From: a virus
Lineage: Duplodnaviria > Heunggongvirae > Uroviricota > Caudoviricetes
DNA: 64,000 bases
Direction: 5' to 3' (one strand)
Virus record (IMG/VR): IMGVR_UViG_3300037455_000402
Span: 74,951 to 138,950 of that record
Below, one piece after another: positions 44,060 to 54,800 of the stretch. Position numbers and translations under genes: made by a program. How positions within the stretch are numbered: position 1 is the stretch's first letter; each line of letters begins with the position of its first letter. The notes under the pieces were generated by a model that worked only from the letters and a program-made list of their open reading frames with translations, searched no databases and had not been told where the DNA came from.

Positions 44060-47000
44060 ATGTATACAAAAGAAAATATAAACTCAATTCCTCGTTTCGA
44101 CGACCACTCTCACAGTATGTTTTCAAACTTCCGTCTTATCGACTCAATTAATCGTCCAAAGGATATGATTTTGAAAGCACACGAACTTGGCATGAAAGGT
44201 ATAGCATTAACGGACCACGAAACTGTCGCAGGTCATGTTGAATGGCTTAACTGTGAGAGAGATTTAAAGAAAGCAGGTAAGATACCTGAAGACTTTAAAT
44301 GTGCCTGTGGAAACGAGATTTATCTTGTAGATAGCAGAGAAAATATTGAAAGATACTGGCACTATATTCTTATAGCAAAAAATACAGAAGGACATAGAGC
44401 ATTAAGAGAATTAAGTTCAATTGCATGGTACAATGGTTTTAGTTCACGTGGTTTAATGAGAGTTCCAACTCAGAAGTGTGAACTTGAAAATATTGTTAAA
44501 AAGTATCCAAATACTTTAATTGCAACAACTGCTTGTCTTGGTGGTGAACTTCCTCATTTTGTTGCTGAACTTATCAAAGCAGAAAATAACAATAGTGAAA
44601 ATGAGATTTATATGTGGAAATCTAAAATAGATGAATTTATGCGTTGGAACGTAGATTTGTTTGGTAAAGATTTCTATGTTGAAGTCGCTGCCGCCGCATC
44701 AAAGGACCAGATTAAATTCAATAAAAGAGTTTTAAGTATTGCCGCAGCCTATGATGTAAAAATCGTAATTGGCTCAGATGCTCACTATCTTACTGAAAAA
44801 GAGCGTCCCGTTCATAAGGCTTATCTTAATTCAAAAGATGGCGAACGTGAGGTTGATGACTTCTATACTTATTCACATATGATGGATAATGCAGAAGCTT
44901 TTGCAAACCTTGAAGAGTCAGGATATGACTTCGCACGTTTCATTGAACTTTGTAATAACTCAATGGAAATCTATGATAAGATTGAAACTTATGATATATT
45001 CAGACAGCCGATTATTCCAAGAGTTAAAGTAAAGGATTATGATAAGAATATTCCAATTGAAATAAATGAGGCATACCCAACACTTTATATATTATTCACA
45101 AGTGACAATATACAGGAAAGATATTGGGCGAATGAATGTTATAATGCGCTCGTAGCTAAAAACTTGCTTAATGCAACATATCTTACCGCACTTGAAACTG
45201 AAGCTCGTGTAATTAAAACTGTCGGTGGAAAGCTTGGCAACTGTCTTTTCGAATACTTCAATACATTCCAGCATATGATTAACTTATTCTGGGAACAGGG
45301 TTCAATCGTAGGTCCTGGACGTGGTTCCGCAGTATGTTTCCTTTCAAATTATCTTCTTGGAATAACTCAGCTTGACCCTCTCCAGTGGGGACTTAAGTAT
45401 TGGCGTTTCCTTAATGAAGAGCGTGTAGAGCTTCCCGATATTGATATTGACCTTACTCCTTCAAAGAGAGGAAGAGTTTTCGAAGCACTTCGTAAAGAGC
45501 GTAGCGAATTAAACGTAATTCAGGTTTGTACTTATGGTACAGAAGGAACTCGTTCAGCAATCGCCGCAGCCTGTCGTGGTTATCGTTCAGAGATATGGCC
45601 CGATGGTATTGATGTTGAAATCTCTCAATATCTCTCATCACTCATTCCGCAGGAACGTGGTTTCTTATGGTCAATTCACGATGCCGTTTATGGTAATCCT
45701 GATAAAGAGAGACAGCCAATCATGGCACTCGTAAATGAGCTGAATAAGTACCCAGGTCTTCTTGAGATTATCGAATCAATTGATGGTCTTGTTAATAAAA
45801 GAGGACAGCACGCATCAGGTGTTATTCTTTATAATGAAAGTCCGTTTGATACTGATGCAATTATGAGAAGTCCGAATGGTGATTTGACAACTCAGTATTC
45901 ACTTCATGAAGCCGAGGAACTTGGCGACGTTAAGTATGACTTCCTTGTAACTGAAATTTGTGATAAACTTACAATAGCAATCACACTTCTTCAGAGAGAT
46001 GGTTTAATTGAGCCAGACCTTAGTTTGAGACAGGTTTATAATAAATATCTCCATCCCGACGTTCTTGACCTTAAAAATCAGAAATTATGGGATGCACTTA
46101 GTAATGGTGAAGTTCTTGATGTATTCCAGTTTAGTACTGGTGTAGGTCTTGCAACTGCAAAACAAGTTAAGCCGCAAAACCCAACAGATATGCTTAACGC
46201 AAATGCTCTTATGAGACTTATGGGTGAAAAAGGCGAAGAGAGACCTCTTGATAGATATTGCCGCCTTAAAGAAGATATGAAACAGTGGTATTGGGAGTGC
46301 GAAGACGCTGGACTTACAGATGACCAGATTAAAACACTTGAACCATATTATTTACCGAACTGTGGAGTTCCTTCATCACAAGAAGATATGATGGAAATTT
46401 GTATGGACCCTAAGATAGCAAACTTTAGTCTTTCTGAAGCAAATGCAACAAGAAAGATAGTTGCTAAGAAGAAAATGGACCAGATTCCTGCTCTTCATGA
46501 AAAGTTCATAAATGCGTGTCCTTCAATTAAGTTTGGAGAGTATGTATGGAAAACAACAATGGGTCCTCAGATGGGTTATTCATTCGCAAAACCTCACGCA
46601 CTTGCTTATTCATTCGTTGGTATTCAGACGCTTTATCTTGCAACAACTTATCCTGATATTTACTGGAACTGTGCTTGTTTAATTACAAACGCAGGTGGTG
46701 CAGATTTGTTAAATGCTGACGATGTAGATAGAGAAATAGAAGATGAAGAAGATACAACAAAGAAAAAGAACAAAAGTGTTAACTATGGTAAAATTAGTGT
46801 GGCTCTTGGTAAATCTAAGAAAGCAGGCATCACGGTATTGCCGCCAGATATAAATAAATCTGACCTTATCTTTAAACCAGACTCAGAAAGAAATGCAATT
46901 ATTTATGGACTTAAGGGTATCGACAGAATTGGTACAAATCTTGTTTTTGAGATAATGGAAAATAGACCATATAGCTCAATGGAAGATTTCATGAGTAAGG

Positions 47001-48001
47001 TAAAAGTTAATAAGACGCAGATGATTTCTCTTATTAAAGCAGGAGCTTTCGATGAACTTCATACAGATAGAGTTGCCGCTATGGAAAGATACCTTAACCT
47101 TATTGCAGATAAGAAAAAGAGAATTACATTACAGAATATGGCAATGTTAATTCGCAAGGATTTAATTCCACCACAGTTTGAATTTGAAGTCAAAGTATTT
47201 AATTTCAATAAGTATTTAAAGAATTTCAAAGAAGGAGATTATTATTGTCTCGATGCAATAGCTATGAGATTCTTCACTGAGAATTATGACCCCGATGTAT
47301 TAGTCGATGCAGTAATTGATGAAGAATATAGTCATGGTAAAATTAAGCAGTCAACTTGGGATAATACTTATAAGAAAGCTATGGACCCAGTAAGAGATTG
47401 GATGAAAGCTAATCAGCAGGAAATCCTCGATGCTCTTAATAATTCTCTTTATGAAGAAGTTAAAGAGAAATATGCACAGGGTGATATTAACAAGTGGGAT
47501 ATGGATTCTCTTGGTACTTATTGTCACGAGCATGAGTTAAGGGATTTAAATACTCGTCCTTATGGTATTGTTAATTTTGAAGACCTTGACGAAGAGCCAG
47601 TTATCGCATCAGAGTTCCAGACTAAAGACGGTAGTACAATTCGTATGTATGAAATTAGCAGAATATGTGGCACTGTAATTGATAAGGATAAAAATAAGAG
47701 TACAGTTGTTCTCTTAACTCCTACAATGCAGGTTGTAAATATCAAGGTTTGGAAAAACCAGTATGCTAAGTGGGATAGACAGATAGCAAGAAAAAATCCT
47801 GACGGAACTAAAACAATCGTTGAAAAGAGTTTCTTTGCAAGAGGTAATAAATTAATTATTACTGGTATCAGACGTGGAGACGATTTCGTTCCAAAGAAAT
47901 ATAAAAGTACAACTTATCCACTGTTTGAAAAGATAGAGGAAATGGATGCTCAAGGTTATATCACAAAGTCTACAACAGAACGTGCGGAGGTTGAAGAATA
48001 A
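44060..48001 (+). CDS. dnaE: DNA polymerase III alpha subunit (family C), 1313 aa
   Basis: PHP domain (HSH, LTDHE, SDAHY), GPGRGSA, PDIDID, GQHASG, KYDFL, YSFAKPHA; no TAG. Confidence 0.96.
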   Translation: MYTKENINSIPRFDDHSHSMFSNFRLIDSINRPKDMILKAHELGMKGIALTDHETVAGHVEWLNCERDLKKAGKIPEDFKCACGNEIYLVDSRENIERYWHYILIAKNTEGHRALRELSSIAWYNGFSSRGLMRVPTQKCELENIVKKYPNTLIATTACLGGELPHFVAELIKAENNNSENEIYMWKSKIDEFMRWNVDLFGKDFYVEVAAAASKDQIKFNKRVLSIAAAYDVKIVIGSDAHYLTEKERPVHKAYLNSKDGEREVDDFYTYSHMMDNAEAFANLEESGYDFARFIELCNNSMEIYDKIETYDIFRQPIIPRVKVKDYDKNIPIEINEAYPTLYILFTSDNIQERYWANECYNALVAKNLLNATYLTALETEARVIKTVGGKLGNCLFEYFNTFQHMINLFWEQGSIVGPGRGSAVCFLSNYLLGITQLDPLQWGLKYWRFLNEERVELPDIDIDLTPSKRGRVFEALRKERSELNVIQVCTYGTEGTRSAIAAACRGYRSEIWPDGIDVEISQYLSSLIPQERGFLWSIHDAVYGNPDKERQPIMALVNELNKYPGLLEIIESIDGLVNKRGQHASGVILYNESPFDTDAIMRSPNGDLTTQYSLHEAEELGDVKYDFLVTEICDKLTIAITLLQRDGLIEPDLSLRQVYNKYLHPDVLDLKNQKLWDALSNGEVLDVFQFSTGVGLATAKQVKPQNPTDMLNANALMRLMGEKGEERPLDRYCRLKEDMKQWYWECEDAGLTDDQIKTLEPYYLPNCGVPSSQEDMMEICMDPKIANFSLSEANATRKIVAKKKMDQIPALHEKFINACPSIKFGEYVWKTTMGPQMGYSFAKPHALAYSFVGIQTLYLATTYPDIYWNCACLITNAGGADLLNADDVDREIEDEEDTTKKKNKSVNYGKISVALGKSKKAGITVLPPDINKSDLIFKPDSERNAIIYGLKGIDRIGTNLVFEIMENRPYSSMEDFMSKVKVNKTQMISLIKAGAFDELHTDRVAAMERYLNLIADKKKRITLQNMAMLIRKDLIPPQFEFEVKVFNFNKYLKNFKEGDYYCLDAIAMRFFTENYDPDVLVDAVIDEEYSHGKIKQSTWDNTYKKAMDPVRDWMKANQQEILDALNNSLYEEVKEKYAQGDINKWDMDSLGTYCHEHELRDLNTRPYGIVNFEDLDEEPVIASEFQTKDGSTIRMYEISRICGTVIDKDKNKSTVVLLTPTMQVVNIKVWKNQYAKWDRQIARKNPDGTKTIVEKSFFARGNKLIITGIRRGDDFVPKKYKSTTYPLFEKIEEMDAQGYITKSTTERAEVEE

Positions 48002-48933
48002 TGGCAACTATAGGACTATATGATATCGACTTTAATCATGGGTCAAGCTTTTCATTAAGCTTGCCCCTGATGAAAGCCTACACTGGTTTAATGGAATAGG
48101 GACATTAGGTTATAATGATGAAACCTTATGAAAAAACTGGACGTTATAATAAGATATTCTACTTTAAAGATAACCCCAAGTTAGCTGTTCCAAATGGTTT
48201 GGTCGTACCTACAGATAAAGATACTCGAATGTTGGGTTATGGTTTCTATAAAAGTTCAGGCTTAGTTACTCCAGAAATCATTGAATCGCCGCCGTCCTTC
48301 ACTCCATATGATTTATGTTCTTCTCGTATTAAGAACAAGACAATGTATAAATCAATTAAATCTAATTGTATAATAGATTGGAGAGAGAAAGACTTCACTG
48401 GCGCTCGCGCAGGCGCGGGTAAAACCTATATAAATGATAGAGATTTTCTCGATGAACCTGACTGGGAGGAACTCTTTGACCATTATGATAATGATATTGT
48501 TTTTATCCATACGATTCGTTGTGATGATAAAGAAAAGATATTAAAGTTTATTGAAAAACCCTATGGCGGCGGAACGAGAATCGAATTGCCAGCTACTTTT
48601 AATAAAGATGAATTATTAATGCTCGATGAGTACAAAGGTATTTCTTTCACAGCAAATAGCGAAGAAGAGTTATTTGTTTTAGTCTTTGTATCAAAAGTCT
48701 TAAATATTAAGTTGAAGTTAAATCCTTATTGTGCAAAAACTGAATTAATGAGAGATATTATTAAGTGGAACGCAGTAGATAAAATAAGTTTTAAGAACTA
48801 TATGACTAATATGAATAAATGGAATTAGAACGACTATCTTAAATTTCCATTCCGTTTATATCTCCAGCAAGACCCAAAGAAAATTACATTTGCAGACGCG
48901 GAAAAAGAATGTATAAGGAAATTAAAACATTGA
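48001..48933 (+). CDS. Hypothetical protein, 310 aa; 3 TAG=Gln
   Basis: ATG overlaps the dnaE stop; extends ORF 48115..48828 at both ends; TGA at 48931. Confidence 0.75.
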
Positions 48934-48958
48934 CTTTTTGTTAAAAGTATGATATAAT
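48930..48958 (+). promoter_or_regulatory. SigA-type promoter
   Basis: TTGACT-N17-TATAAT with TG. Confidence 0.8.
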
Positions 48959-48982
48959 TATATTATAAAAGGAGGGATGAAA

Positions 48983-49159
48983 ATGAACAAAGAATATTTA
49001 AGTTTCAGCCTCGATACTCTTAATTTTAAGCTTAAAGAAGCAGAAGATGAATTACATTCACTTTAGACCGAGCTATTTACTTTCAATCCAAGAATTGGTG
49101 AATTATCTAAAGAAATAGCTGATTTAAGAGAGGCGATAAAAGCAAAGGAGGACAACTAA
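48983..49159 (+). CDS. Small coiled-coil protein, 58 aa; 1 TAG=Gln
   Basis: AAAGGAGG RBS; its TAA overlaps the clpP ATG. Confidence 0.62.
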
Positions 49160-49923
49160 TGGATAAGGAAAAGATGGCTTCAATTTAGATTTATGATGAA
49201 GATGGAAAACTTAAATCAAAAGACGATTTTCTTAAAGAACTTGGAGATATTTATGACGAAGTAAAAGAAGTAACTGGCGGTAAGTCAGAAGATGAAATTA
49301 CTTTTATGGATATTTTTGCCGCTCCAGAGACAGACTTTGATGTCAATATGGTTCTTAGTAAGTTCCAGTTCTGTGATAGAAAGCTTTGGCTTGACAAAGA
49401 AATCGTAGGTGAAACTGGTAAATACTTTATCGAAAGAATCCAGTTTTGGAACGCAGAGGATAATTTCAATGGTACACCAGTTGAAGAGAGAATCCCTATT
49501 CAGATTTACATTGATTCTCCTGGCGGTGATTTAACTACAACAATGGCAATTGTTGATGCCATTCACGCTTCAAAGACTCCTGTCTATACAATTGTAACTG
49601 GTACAGCTTATAGCGGTGGTTTCTTCATTTGTATCGCAGGACATAAGAGATTTGGATTTAAACATTCAACTTATCTTTTCCATGAAGGTTCTGGTGCTTT
49701 TGCAGGTGACGCTCACAAGCTTTGTCAGCAGTCTGATTTCTATAAGAATATTCTTCTTAGACAGCTTAAGGATCATGTACTTGATTCTACAAATATAAAT
49801 GAAAACACATATGATAAACACTATAAGGATGACTGGTATTTCGACGCTAAGAAGGCTAAGAGATTTGGAGTTATTCAGGAAATTTGTGATGATGTAAACG
49901 GAGGAATTTATAATGAAGAATGA
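49159..49923 (+). CDS. clpP: ClpP-family protease, 254 aa; 1 TAG=Gln
   Basis: IQIYIDSPGG, GTAYSGG (Ser), YLFHE (His), A.RFGVI; N-terminal extension via TAG at codon 10. Confidence 0.85.
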
Positions 49924-50722
49924 ATTAAAAGAAATTTTTAGAAGTATGCCGACAATGACAGGTGAGATTTCAGAATAGTGGATAGAATTGATGGAATTGC
50001 CTGATGATAAATTCGATATTATCTATCCCGAATTTAGACAGTCACTTTTATCAGCATATGCAAGCACTGACTTCCAGCAGAAAATTTTGGACCAGTTAGA
50101 GATGACCCCTGTTGAAGATATAACTGGCGAAAAAGAAGTTATTGAACAGTTTATCCATGAAATCAATTAGGACCCTTCTTTATCTGCAAAAAAGAAATCC
50201 TTACTTGAGGAAATGTTTAATGCTGTTTTAGATGTTCTTGTTTCTGCAGTTAGTACAGGGCGTTTAAATATAAAGGTTGGAATTGTTAAACTTAATCCCG
50301 ATGCTATAATTCCTCAATATGCTCATCCAACAGATGCTGGCGCAGATATTTGTGCTGTTGAAGAAACAAAGCTTGAACCAGGTGAGACAAAGATTGTTAA
50401 AACCGGTATTGCCGTTGCAATTCCTGCAGGATATGAAATTCAGGTTAGACCACGTAGCGGACTTAGCTTAAAGTCTGGTCTTAGAATCGCCAATGCCCCT
50501 GGTACTATCGACACAGAGTATCGCGGCGAGATTGGTGTTATTATGACAAACACAAAGGATATTCCTTATGTTATTGATAAGGGTATGAAAATTGCTCAGC
50601 TTGTAATTGCTCCTACTCCTATGATTAAATGGGAAGAGGTTGCAACAGTTGAAGAACTCGGAACAACCAGTCGTGGCGCCGACGGATTTGGTTCAACTGA
50701 TAAGGCGGTTAGCAAGAGTTGA
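49913..50722 (+). CDS. dut: Trimeric dUTPase with about 115-aa N-terminal extension, 269 aa; 2 TAG=Gln
   Basis: AGADI, QVRPRSGL, GTIDTEYRGEI, IAQLV, RGADGFGST; ORF 49988..50170 shares its frame. Confidence 0.9.
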
Positions 50723-50727
50723 TTTGA

Positions 50728-51441
50728 GTGCGTTTAAAATATGAAGATGTAAGAGACGAAATAGAGGCGGAGGGTTGGAAACTTCTCTCCACCTCTTATA
50801 CTAATTTAAAAACACAAATGACATTCGAATGTCCAAATGGTCATGAAAATTTTTATACCATGGAATACTGGCGCAGACATAAAGAATGTCCAATTTGTAA
50901 AGCAAATAAATATTACCAAATGAATGATACCGCTCCAAAAAGTAAGGGCTTTAGAATCTTAGCTTTTGACCAAGCAAGTATTACAAGCGGTTGGTCAGTT
51001 TATGATGATGAAGAACTTATCAAATATGGTAAATGGACTTCTGATGGTACAAATAGTACAGATAAAATAAATAAAACAAAACACTGGTTTGCCAACATGA
51101 TTTAGACTTGGAAACCAGATTTAGTTGTTTTGGAAGATATTTAGTTATAGAAGTTTGACGGCGGCGAATAGGTAATTACCTTCAAGAAACTTGCTCATTT
51201 ACAGGGCGTTCTCGAAAATTACTGTTTTGAAAGTGGTTATATTTATAAAGTTGTTCCTGCCGCAACATGGAGAGCTCATAGTTAGGTAAAAGGAAGAACT
51301 CGTACTGATAAAAAGAAAAGTGCATAGATTATAGTAAAGGAGTTGTACGACGTGAATGTTACATAGGATGAAGCAGACGCTATCCTAATCGGTCGCTGGG
51401 CGGCGAATGATAGAAAACGTAATGCAATTATTATATTCTAA
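50728..51441 (+). CDS. ruvC: Zn-ribbon plus RuvC-like Holliday junction resolvase, 237 aa; 7 TAG=Gln
   Basis: ILAFDQASITSGW, VVLEDI(Q), (Q)DEADAILIG. The catalytic core is complete only with TAG readthrough. Confidence 0.88.
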
Positions 51442-51443
51442 AT

Positions 51444-51474
51444 AAAAAGGAGCAGATTAAATCTGCTCCTTTTC
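51444..51474. terminator. Bidirectional terminator between the convergent arms
   Basis: AAAAGGAGCAGAT-TAA-ATCTGCTCCTTTT. Confidence 0.88.
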
Positions 51475-51477
51475 TTT

Positions 51478-51855
51478 TTATTTAATGAATGGTTCGAGAA
51501 GTTCAAGCTCACCAAGAGTTAAACCAAGTGGTTCAAGCTCATCAAGGGAAAAGTAAATATCAGGAAATTGAACCTAACGGTTATTAATCTCCTAAATCTT
51601 TTCAGCACAAGTTTCTAAGTATTCTTCTTTAATTTTAAATCCGCCCCTTTCATTTCTTATGACTTGTCCTGATTCTTTCTTTTCGCCATAATTTTCAAGA
51701 AGAATAACTAATTGTTCATCAACAAATGACTATTCTTCTGTAGCTACTTTTAAAATCTTTAAGAACTTATACTAAGTTTCAATGCCGAATGTTTTTGTCT
51801 TAATTTTGTTTATGAGGGACGTTAAGTCCCCCAATTTTTGTGCTGAATAAATCAT
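51478..51855 (-). CDS. Hypothetical tail-module protein, 125 aa; 4 TAG=Gln
   Basis: AGGAGG/AGGAG RBS plus ATG at 51855; open to TAA at 51478 under code 15; missing from the ORF track. Confidence 0.75.
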
Positions 51856-51870
51856 ACTCCTTTTCCTCCT

Positions 51871-54800
51871 TTAATAGATTACACCGCCAGAACTAAAGTG
51901 GTCAAAAATCTCTCCTAATGTAAAATCGTGAACGAAAGTATCACTGCTCTAATCTACTTCCCATTTAAATGTATAATCTCGAATGTTTTTCTAAATTGAA
52001 TTAGAATGAGAACCATAAAGAGTAACCATATAATCTGGTGCATTAAAATGATGTAAATGGTCATGGAATCCATCTATTCCATCAATTCGACTATTAAGAC
52101 CACCAAAAATAGTATCAATTCTATTATTAATTGCATCCTATATTGCAGACCCATTTTCATTAATTGCATTAGCAATGTAGTCTTGAAGACGACCGTATTC
52201 TGGGTCCAAAATCTGTTTAAATCGAATATAAAGCTAACCATTCTCAATTTTAATTGGAACATCATTTGAAATTGTAATTTTATCAGTTAAGTTTATTGCA
52301 GAACTATTATTCTCAATTGTGCCTCCGATATATACTGTACCATTTTTAAGGACTGAGAATAAGTTAGATACAGATGAACCATTTTGAGCACAACATACAA
52401 ATAGTCTTTGTACTCCAGTACCAGTTGCAGAAGATTCGACAAGAGCTGGATTATTTAAGTATAATCCTACGGCTGATTCTCTTGAAGTTGAGCCGGCACC
52501 ATTAGGTATTCTTTCTTCATAATATCTATATCCACCAAGAGAAGGGATTTTATACGCATCTATACTATCTTTAACAATTCCATTATTAGAACGAATATAG
52601 TAACTTATATTTAAGAACTGATAAGATGTGGCATTAACTTCTTCTGTAATTTTAAATGGATTTGCTTTTATATTTAATTCAAAATTAAAGTTAATTCTAT
52701 CTCCACCTTCAGCAAGAAAATACTTCTATGTAGTATTTGTATTCATATTTCTTACATCATAAAAATATACACTATAATTTCCAGAGCCTCGACTAATGGT
52801 AACACTATATTCCTTTTTAACCTCATATGAAATATTAGTATCTGTCGTTCCACAATAATGAGAATCACTATTGTAAGAAATGGTACTGCTATTTATTTTT
52901 GTATAAACATTAATAGCAGAATCTCTCTAAATAGTAATTTCTGAAAGATTTTCATTTTCCAATAAGTATGCCGCAAGACATCCATCTGAAAAGCTGCTAC
53001 CAGTTGAATTATAATAATAATATATTTGATGAGTAGTTTCGTCTTCTATTTGTGTAGAATGGATATTAGGAACTGGATAGTTAAGAGAAGCATAGGCAAA
53101 ACTTGCACTATCAAAACTATATCTTGTTTTAAACTTATCTCCCTAACTCTCTTCGACTTCAGTTGTGTCACTAACTTTCATTTCTCCAATTAATGATAGA
53201 ATAGCGCTTTCTCTGTCACTATTATCATCGTCAACTGCGGAAGTGGTTTTGAAAATTTCTTTACCTTTATTGTTATAAAGATAGAAACCAACTGTATCTC
53301 CCATATTTTCTTCACTATTAATACTACCATCAGCACCGGTATAAGAATAACCAGCTCTTAATTTAATATTATTATTTGCGACAATACTTAAACCATATTT
53401 GTTAAATATTGCGGCGTCATTAATATTCTTAACGTCTGTATTAACAGCTTGTGGGTCACGATAAGCAACAATACCATCTTTATCCCAAGAGAAATAAACA
53501 TAAGCACTATCTGCAATTCTTATCTTACCGGCGTCAAGTGTACCAACCTTAATATAGTCAGCATTAATACCACTTGGACCAACACCGACACTCCAGTGCT
53601 ATCCACCATCATTAGAAAAGAATAAGCCTTGTCCATCAAGCTTATATTTATTAGCATGGTTATTGATATCACTACCATGAGTACCAGTATTATCAACCTA
53701 AATGTTTTCTTCTTCCGTATTAAGAAGTGTTAAATCATTGGTATCAAGTGCGCCCTAAAGACTGTCATTTTTAATACTCTATAGTGAAGTAAAGTTTGAT
53801 GAACGTTTATAGATATTTTCATTATAAGTTAATGATTGAACAGAGACACTAACCTATTGGAACAAGTCTTGGAATGATGTTGTAAAGTTCTATACTTGAA
53901 TAGTATCTTTACTTGGGTCATCAATACCCTCTTGTACTCCAGATACTAATACTTTTAACCTATTTGGAAAACCTGTGTGTTTATTTATACCAAACATACC
54001 AATATCTTCAATATAAGTTACATCAGCTAAATCAAAGTCATAAACCTCTTCATATTCTTTACTAAGTGGAGCTATATCTATAACACTTATATTATAACTA
54101 ACTTTTGGAATTGCTCCGTCTGCCGCCACGTCAAGTGCACCAAAGTAATAAGCATTATCTGTCAAATAGTTACTATCAGACCATGTACCCTCTTTTAAGT
54201 ATGGTTCATACTTTTTAAAGAAAGCCGCAGAAATCTAATTTATAAGTTTAAGATAACTTGCTCTTTCACGTTTCCACTATTGAATTTGAGTATATTCTTT
54301 ATTGAACTAACCTAAAATACCTTTAGTGTACTAATGCTTATCTATCCAGTATTTTCTTGTTCCTTCAAAGTCTGAAATACAAGCAAAGAATTGCATTGCT
54401 GTTGCATCAGCATCCGGAATATCACTACAAATCTCTGTATTATCACAGGCATCAGTATCACATAAACTATCGGTATAGAAAGTATCATAAATTAATTTAA
54501 CTAAAATAGATTCCTGTTCAGACATTTTAGCAAGATAATTTAAATAAGCCTACTAATTCTAATACTGTGATGGGTCAGTATATTTTGATTTATAATTATC
54601 AATTTGTTTTTTGATTTTTAAAATCTATTCCTATGCAGTAATAATACCCTAATAGTTAACTTCAAGATTAGCTTCTAATTCTGTATATGAAGCATCTTGT
54701 AAGTTAATAATTTTATTTGATAAGTTATCATACTAAGTATTGTAATATCCAAGCTGACCAAGGAAACCTGATGGTATTTCATCACCAATTAATTCTTTTG

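Noticed and set aside
44060-48001. Intein or intron in dnaE, nrdD or the helicase
   Set aside because: Lengths are normal and there are no splice or homing-endonuclease motifs. The nrdD break is a TAG codon.
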